A DNA stretch of 59,775 bases, counting the filler, from Platydemus manokwari (Eukaryota), in NCBI GenBank assembly GCA_037951405.1. It is 5 parts of 5 records of this genome, joined end to end, with 100 filler letters (N's around TTAATTAATTAA, not from the genome) between each part and the next. Parts side by side here need not be neighbours in the genome. Positions count along the whole stretch, not along the records: positions 48,112 to 59,775 come from JBBMOY010538885.1; 4 more parts are not named here. One strand, written 5' to 3'. Shown in pieces: positions 51,201-59,775 of this stretch. The notes under the pieces are model-generated. The model was not told the DNA's origin. It saw only the letters and a list, made by a program, of their open reading frames with translations, and did no database searches. Each line of letters opens with the position of its first letter. Position 1 is the first letter of the stretch. The position numbers and the translations under genes are program-made.

Positions 51201-53443
51201 TAAATCCAATTTCATATTGTGATTAACCCTTTTAATATCCTAGCTATGCACACCATTATGACATGAGTTTGAATTCATTAATAATATGATTATATATAAT
51301 GTAGTACATGTCACGAGTTATAATTTATCGCTTTAATTCTATTTTAACCCGAAAGTAAACAAATTTCAAGTACATTCAAGTTTTAACACAATTCCATATT
51401 CATAAGAGATTAATATTGGACTAATATAAACATTTAAACTAACTTAAATATTTTTATCAATGCAAAAATCAATTAATCCAAAAAATAATAATCTAAAACC
51501 AGACAGCCATTTATTTGTTTCTGTAGTCTGATTTTATCTTTAGAATATTTTATACGTATATGTAATAAACTAACAGGCAGAGTAACTACTGTCTCGAATG
51601 CAACACACAGCATTTGATTTAACACATACGCGTCATCCAATCAAAATAAAGTTTTCGTTCTATTATTCATCAGACTAATTAATTGAAATAGACTTTAAAT
51701 AATAAATACCATGTATAATATTATCATCGTTAAAATGAAGTTGACTATTTATTATAGTTTAATGGTTCTTTATTTATAACTTAATAACAATGCCACACCA
51801 ATAACTACAATATGGGTGGATACGCATTATATTTATTGTTTTAACTTTCCAGACTAAATAAATTTAATTATCCTTTTATAAACTAAAGTATTTTAAGTAA
51901 GTACGATTAGCTCTCGTATTTTTTAATTTGCAAAGATCTAATTCAAGATAAAATTTAGAAATTACGATATTTCTTTTAATGTATTTTTCGAGTTTGTACA
52001 ATGGATGACAGATTGGGAAAGATTTTGTATCATGCATTTTCAATCTTTACTTAAACATACAGATATAAACTAGTTTAATCAATTATCATTAGTTTATTGG
52101 TGAATGTATTTTGATTTTCATATGATCTTAAATTTAAATTTTTGTGAATCTTAAAGCTATGTTGATGCATTTTTGGTTGAATGTAGTGTTTGCATAATCC
52201 TGTCTGCTTCAATGAACATATTTTTGTTGGTTGAAAAATACAGTGTCATGTATTCATCGGAGCTCAAAAGATTTTTGGAATTTTAATTTTATCTTGTTGT
52301 AAGTAGTATGAAAATGATTTTGTTGTTGCCTATCATGGTTTTCGAATCCAGAGACACAACAGAGAAAATTAATCCAAAATAAAACTTTATTAAATGTACT
52401 TTATCAACTTCCTAAAACAAACCGTTTCTGTTTCTCCGAGTTCATCTGTTCTTATTGGGATCGTGGATCAAATCAATAGTTCATGATATTATTTTCTTCA
52501 ATTCATAGATGGAATTGTTACGTTGGCGAGACCTCAATATTTTAATGATTTTGGTTATTGTTGAAGTTTTTCTATGCTTTTTTTTACTTTAAGACCGACT
52601 CCTATGTCTTTGGACATAGGAGACATGTTGTGCAACTAGAGACTTAAAGGGGGCAGGGGCCAATGTACAAGCAATCAGATGCAGTAATTCATTTCATTGT
52701 TGAGTTTGTCATTTAGTTAATGGTTGGACTGGATTCAAGCCAAAGAAATTATTGACACATCAATCCTTAATAATATATATTTCATTAAAACTTAGTATCA
52801 TAAAATAAAGAAAATATGTCACTTTAATTTTCATAGCAATTTGCGCAAAATCAGTTAATTCTCGATTATTTAAATAGAATGCATTTGAAGTACAATGTTT
52901 GTTTCTAAATTGTTATTGATATCTCGTTGCAAAAAATAATTAGTCTTCCGTAAGTAAGTTTCAAGACCACTATTGATATCTCGATCTGTTAATGATTTAA
53001 AACAGAGAATATTGATTTTCTCTTGTAAATAATTGTTTGGTAGTATTAAGGTAGCAAATAACTTTTGGAATTTTTTCATTACTAATCATTCATGTTTATA
53101 TTGTTTTTGTTTCTTTTTTCCATTAATATTTTTTGTATTTTAGTAATTTATAACGATTTTTACATCTTTTTATTATATGTTCTTATTTTTAAGGGTTTCT
53201 TTATTTGGATTTAATAAATTTTATTTTTATTTGTTTTTTTTAGTTTAATTAGTCATCCTTTAATGGGAAAAATATTGAGAACTTCGAAAAAAATTTATAT
53301 TATCAATACTGTCTTATTTGGGGTAGGGTCTACATCCAACAGAATATTCACAATTTGATAACCAATCAAAGTTTCAGGAATGCAATAAATATTGGTTAGA
53401 GTATTGTGTAGGAATTTTGAAAATAATATTGATAACTCTAGAG

Positions 53444-53976
53444 CAGAGGTTCTCAAACTTTTTTCTCTCGTAGGCCCCTTGCTATACACTATAAAAGATT
53501 TAAATTTGAACAGTAGTGAAGTTCCTATAATGTGAAAAAGCAAAAAAACAAAACATTTTAATAAAATTATTAATTTTATTAATTAATTTTAAATTAAAAT
53601 ATTATAGTATCTGTTACATAAAAGAAATCAGCAAAAAAATAAATTCATTTAATCGGAGGGATGAACTTGATGATTTATAAAAATTATCAACATTTGGCTT
53701 CAATTTAATTAGATTTAATCTCAAATATTCTCGGTTAATGACGTCCAGTGCTAAGCTTTATATATATGTATATATAAGACAACGAACGATTATCCCGACT
53801 TGATAATGCTATAAGGTTAAATTTTTATAATTTTTTTAAAATATTAAAATTGTATCAATTATACTGTTTTTTTCAATTTTTAAAAAATTCTTCCTATTGA
53901 TCCCCCTCCCCTATTTTTTTAACCCAAGCCTTCATCGACCCTTGGGAGGCGATATGGAACACTTTGGTAATCACTG
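53444..53976 (-). mobile_element. Internally deleted hAT (Buster/Charlie) element
   Basis: Termini CAGAGGTTCTCAAACTT and ACTTTGGTAATCACTG, with a degenerate 8-bp TSD CTCTAGAG/CTTTATAA. Minus-strand remnant LDVINREYLRLNLIKLKPNVD...NHQVHPS resembles the Buster transposase C-terminus. Confidence 0.8.
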
Positions 53977-56900
53977 CTTTATAACAACTAGATGGGATAA
54001 AATAAATTATATTTATTAGGTTATATTCAAGTTATGAAATTCTGAAAATTTTGTTCTGATTCTAATAATTAAGCACTTAATTTTTTTTGGTTTTTTGATT
54101 CATCATTTATGTTATGTGCCACTATTTCATTAAATGCACATTAAAAACGATATTTAGAAGTCAATGCAAAAGTGCATTTAACAAAACCATTCAAACAAAT
54201 TAAATTGTTCATTAATATTTTTAAATTGAAATATATTTTCAAGTTAAATGATTTTAAAATCCTCACAAACCCATACATTTTTTATTATAATTAATTAATT
54301 CTAAATAAAAAAAATAATTTAAATAAAAAATTTAATAAAATACTGAAAAATAAATTAATTAATTGAACAATATCTTTTTAAATTTGAAATATAAGATGGC
54401 CTGTTTCCTAAGTATTACTTAAACTGTATAAAACGGTAAAATATAACAACATATTGTATGAAAAGTGAAGATAATTAAATAGACCACGATCTTAAGTGAA
54501 AGTCAAGTGAGCTAACATTCGATCTCAATAACTGTACAATTAAAAAATAAAATATAAAAAATTACAACTGCTAGAAAATTATTTTAGTTCATGTACTTTA
54601 AATAATTATTTTTCAGTTCAAACAATTTTCATTATCCCAAATTAAGATAAAAATTACAAAGAAAACCACGTGTTTCTCTAGAGAGTAAATCACATTTTCT
54701 AAGGCGAATATGAGTTAGATGTATTACTAACAACATCTCATAACTGAATTAAAATGTGATTCATGTTCTATTTTTGTAATGATTCTCATCACATGCAAGA
54801 AATTATATTTGCATAAATTTTTTGTTTCGTAATTTCCTAAATGATACAAGTAAAATTATACGTTGAATAAAAGTTATGCTCACTTCCTTTCCGAATGATT
54901 TTTACCTCATCAATAATTTCCTGTAGTAGTGGATTTATTTTATGTTGTGTAATGGGTATTCTAATTTGTAGCATTTAGAATGTTTAGCATCATAAAAAAT
55001 ATCTATATAAAGTAGTCCATTAATATGTATGATTCATACTCTATTTTTAGGTTATTATTTGTCCCAATAACTTTTCAGTTAATATTTATTTTAATGAATT
55101 TTTATTCTATTAACAAGAGAAATTAAATGAGGAATTTAGTTAAAATTTGATATTTAAAGTATTCGGTAATCAAAGTCAGCTAATATAAAGAATGTCAACA
55201 TAAGTTAAAATTATGTAGTCGTGATGGGAGGTGATATAGCGTTAAGTTATATTGACCTAGTTTGATAACAAATACGTAATTATTTAAAATAAATATTCAC
55301 TACAAATTGTTTTTATATCGTATTTTAAATCGATGTTTCATCTATTCACTCACTTTTGCTGAATATCTTTGTCAAATCGGTGCATTTGCTTGGTTGGATT
55401 TAAGTGGTGATAGATTATGTATTCTCAATCTTATCAGATACACAACATCGTCTTTCAATGTAAAGCTCTTGTTTTGCTCGTCAATTAGAGACTTTCTAAG
55501 AGCTATTTCGTATTTCTTAGAATATTAACATTAAATTTTTACAGGTTTAATTTTATATAGGACTAAAATTTCCATAAAATTTAATTTTATATAAAATTAT
55601 ATTTATTTCTTTAGATAATTGTGTTTGAATACACAATTTATTATCCTGTCTTTTCATTTCGTTTTCGATGCCACTTGTATATAATAGCAGTAGCTAACAA
55701 TATTTAAGTAAAGGAATAAATGATAATAATTATAAATGATACTGTGATAAAATAAAAGCTAGTTGCGACCATGTGTTTAAAGCTTCTTGGACTTAAGGGA
55801 TAAGTTTAGAAATCCTGTCCCATAAGTAAAGGTGGTACACCTCTGTCTATTTCATTAAATATCTGGTCTTTTGAAATGGATTTTTTGAATATGACTTGAT
55901 GACTCTTCATCGGACTCAGTTAGTCCACTGGTGAGTGATCAGGTCCTGAGGTCAAAATCTTCATTGTTGAAGTTTTTAAACAAAAGGCTGAAGGCACTTT
56001 TCCAAGCATATTGCAAATCTTCGAGACAGTTTTATGGTTTTAATACCTAGACTAACGAAAAAAGTTATTGGTGCTGAAAATGCTCGATTATGACTACTTG
56101 ACATTTCATTTTTTGGTCTGGAAATTCTCAAAAAATAAAATCTAGATATTCAAAATACACTACTATGTGGAGAAAAACACTGCTTCCAAATAACGTAAAA
56201 CATTTTGGTGATACCTTTTATTTCTGTGTGAATTTTTAAAATTTTTAAATTTGAAAAAATTATTCTCAAATCAATATTTCTCAATCTGTGATTAATCTAA
56301 TATTTATTGTAAGAATCAATGAAAGGTTTTTCTGATGCACGAAAAGATGTTAATTATGGAAATATTAATTAATCATGTCACATTATTTTTTAAAACATTG
56401 ATGCTGTTGACTTCTTATGGGTTTTAATAAATAATGTGAATAATAATAAAATTGAAAAATTTATAAACAGAACACCGACAGATATATAAATAAAATCGAT
56501 ATCTGACTCCAATGAAAAATAATGAATACTTTTTAATAATAAAATGTAATTAAATATGTAACAATTACAAATTAATATGATAATTTAAATAGACAACAAC
56601 TTTAATTAATTAAACAATAATCAGGCTTTAAATTAAGTGAATTATATAGGGTTCTATTGTTCCTATAAAAATAAACTCGAATCTCCTGTGCTTTCACAAC
56701 AAGGACTCTTTTTGTTCAATAATTTATTGAAGATTGGGCCTATATGTGCGAACAATCCCTCTTGTTACGAAAAATTTACACGATAAATTTAAATATAATT
56801 ATCTAAATGGTTGGATTGTGAACAAATTCATTAAAGGTTAAGAGCATTTAAATTCGTCAATTCAATTATGGTTAAAAAGGTCATTATACAAAATGAAAAT

Positions 56901-57829
56901 TATTTCAATAAATAAATCAACTCGGATCGATTTAGGTGGCGAGATTGTGTTGTATTTTGTCAGTCATTTCTTCACGTTTAAATACTTTAATTTCCTTCTT
57001 CAAACGAATTTTTTCCGTGTGATTTTCTGTAGGTGTTTGACTAAATTTATTTCTTTCAAATTGTGGGCTGATTAATTCTTAGATCGTATTAATAACGATT
57101 CTTTGTATGATATGACGTGGTTTTTTCTAACAATATTGTCGTGTCAAGGATCTGTCATGTTTAGATGTATTTATACTCTTGTATTCTTTCTTTATTCGAT
57201 GATGTTTCTAAATTTGCTATTTTATTTAATCTATTAAAATAATTTATCATTTTCTGTTACTATTATTGGTTGTTTTTATTTTATCTTTCTAATTTGATAT
57301 TCCATTATTGCTATTTTAATTTTCTGGTCTATTTTTAGACTTCTCTTTAAAAAAAATTTCGTGTTTATTATTATTATTATTTATATTTTTGATGGGGTCT
57401 AGTACCCGACAATATTATTAACACGAACTCTGGAAATTTGGCTGAAAATAATTTTTCTTTTCAGGAATGAAGTCATTTATGAAATACACCAGCTTGATGT
57501 TGTGCAATTGGTATGTCATTTTCTTGTTCGAATTCCACAAAAATATATACATTTATCCGAATGAGTTTGCAAATACATGCGCTGGTGTGTTTTATCTACG
57601 TTGATAATAGAAAAAATACATTGGGTATATAAGAAAATCTGTATAATGCACATATATAGCCCACACAAGTGAAGACAAACCCAAAATAACACAAGCACAT
57701 ACACAATAATCTAAGGACTTATTTAATTTAAATTAAATTAATTAACTTTTGATGTTTCTTTAACATCACTTTTTTCATTTATCATCCAAAAAATAAAACT
57801 GAATATCATATTATCTTTATTTCATCTAC

Positions 57830-58700
57830 ATTTGTCCATGATTGCATTTTTATGACATTTTAGCAATTTACTATCTGTTATAGGGAAAAAAACTAGAAAA
57901 TCAAAAAACTATTCCATTTAGAGCTATTTTGAAACTGCGTCGAAATTTTACTTAATTCAAACCATTTTATATTTAAATCTGGGTCCTTTTCATCATCCTT
58001 GGTTATCTTTTGACTTGGTTTAGGCAGCAGCTTACTAGCTCCGATTCCGAAAATGTGACAGCATTCACTGTGGGGAAACTCATCCCACAAGTTAATTCGA
58101 GTCGGCGCGCTCTTAATACCAAATCTTCCAAAGTTAAACACTCGGCTATTGCTAACGTACTCTTTAATGAATTATTAATTTCTTTCTTAAACTGATCCAT
58201 TATTATTTTTTTCTACCATCTTTAGTGATTAAAGGGTCATCATATGCTTTTTCAGCTCATTTTGTTAACTTCATAGCGTATTCCTGCGCTCCCTCACCTT
58301 AGCGCTGATATCTCTCTAAAAACTCCCTAACACAATATTCATGTAAATCGGAGTCTAAAACAATTTGCTTTCGCAATGCTTTTATTATGTCTGTAAAAGC
58401 TACATCGTCTCCTTGTAAATTATTATCCATCTGAATCATTTGCTGATGCCCTTGCAAAGCATATCTTTATAAATATAGCGGCAACTGTATCATTTTATTA
58501 CTATCATCCCATCTGTGAGCTGTTCCTATGCGATCAAAGTCATCAAATAATTCTTGCTGATCATCAAATAGAGTTATAATCAAACAAATTAACTTTCCAA
58601 ACTCATTGTTCGATATATAAAAATAATAATTATTATTATTATTACTATTTTCATTGCTCATAATTTCGTCCTGCTTATTCAATTTAGTGTCTTCTATTCG
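57830..58700 (-). pseudogene. Degenerate LTR-retrotransposon gag relic; LTR-like sequence probably upstream at about 59.1-59.7 kb
   Basis: FDDFDRIGTAHRWDDSNKMIQLPLYL...RYQR*GEGAQEYAMKL...MDQFKKEINNSLKSTL...TLEDLVLRARRLE is a Gypsy capsid pattern interrupted by stops. Confidence 0.75.
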
Positions 58701-59775
58701 CCATGAATTATAGTTTCTTCCAAACTCTGATTACTACTATTTGACTGTATGCTTTCGTTACTCGTATTATTATTTCCATTATCTATTTGATTCTCTGTAG
58801 CGTTAAAGCTGGTTACTGATTCACTCTTATCTCCTAAATTCCTAGTTAAAGATTGGCTTTTTGACTGACTTTTAGTTACTCCTCTGGTATTCTGTATTCA
58901 ATAAGTCGGAAAGACAATTGCTATAATTTAATATATTTAGAAACAAAATGGAACAGCAGCCGAAATGACTAACAAAAAATTGTAGTAAATGGTCAGCGCA
59001 GTAGCCGACAAAATCCGAAGCGGACTGAGCAGTGCTCAACTAGATAGGAAAAGATTTTGGCAGATTAGAATATGATTTCTCCCGTTAATATATAAGTTAA
59101 AGTTATCAATAATGATAGTATATCAATTGGTTCTCTGAACGTTATAAATTTTAGGTAATCGGTTAATAAAAATTAAGACTATCAAGATTTAAATAATAAA
59201 TTATATTAATTAATTAATTGAATGATGAGAGATGAGCTAAAAACTAAATGAACCTTACTCCCCGGGCAGTGAAATTCCAAACCAGTGTCAACGAATATTC
59301 TCTTCGTGAAAATTTAGTAATTTTAAAATCCTGTCTAATAAAATTTTCTCGGTTCACGATTTCTGACTTTGCCTGGTTCTGTTCGGTTTCATTTGGTTCA
59401 CTATGGTTTTGCCGTTGAATGATTCTGACGTTTAGCCTTCCGAATTCACTTTTTAATAAAGATTTTTTTGGTTTCGGTAGTGGAGTATTTTTGGTGGTTT
59501 TGTTCTGCATTCAGCTTAGTATTTATACCTTGCTGTACATTTCTATTTTCGGTAACTTTGACGTGTTTCTGGCTTGTTGAATTTTTTGTTTTAATCATCT
59601 CAAAATTATCATTATTGATTATTGTGGATCACCGTTGTCTTGATCAGTCTCGAATGAGTTCTAATCAAGCCCAATCTATAAAACCTTATTGTTATTGTTA
59701 TTTTCACCTCGCAATCAAAACTATATGATGATAGAATTTATTGGCAACAATGATCCAAAGGGTTTCTAATTTTAT

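Noticed and set aside
46090-52700. Several coding-like patches (46.1-46.6, 47.1-47.7, 49.4-50.3 and 52.0-52.7 kb)
   Set aside because: Probably decayed transposon or LTR fragments, but no diagnostic motif could be read, so they were not annotated.

Overview
AT-rich eukaryotic genomic scaffold, not prokaryotic. It has GT-AG introns, many only 43-52 nt; the composition is compatible with a planarian flatworm, but that is inference. Five contigs are joined by 100-bp artificial N/TTAATTAATTAA linkers. Host genes: a 7-exon Nup58 (NUPL1)-type FG nucleoporin (7100-12789), followed after only 147 bp by a 2-exon flavin-dependent amine oxidase (12937-14642), plus one exon of an unknown minus-strand gene. 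A GC-richer contig (16595-26871) holds a Ty3/Gypsy retrotransposon with intact pol, a -1 gag/pol overlap, a tRNA-Ser PBS, a PPT, an apparently 4.2-kb LTR and two Gag variants with nearly identical 5' parts. The rest is largely transposon debris: Tc1, mariner, maT-like MITE, hAT/Buster, solo LTRs, Gypsy pol/gag relics and a possible CR1. The most notable signal is absent from the ORF track: a cluster at 39.0-45.3 kb of four intact, intronless 50-53-aa acidic micro-protein genes (MSDEIITEV...SQ) plus pseudocopies. Each has a TATA promoter, and the divergence between copies is biased toward synonymous changes.
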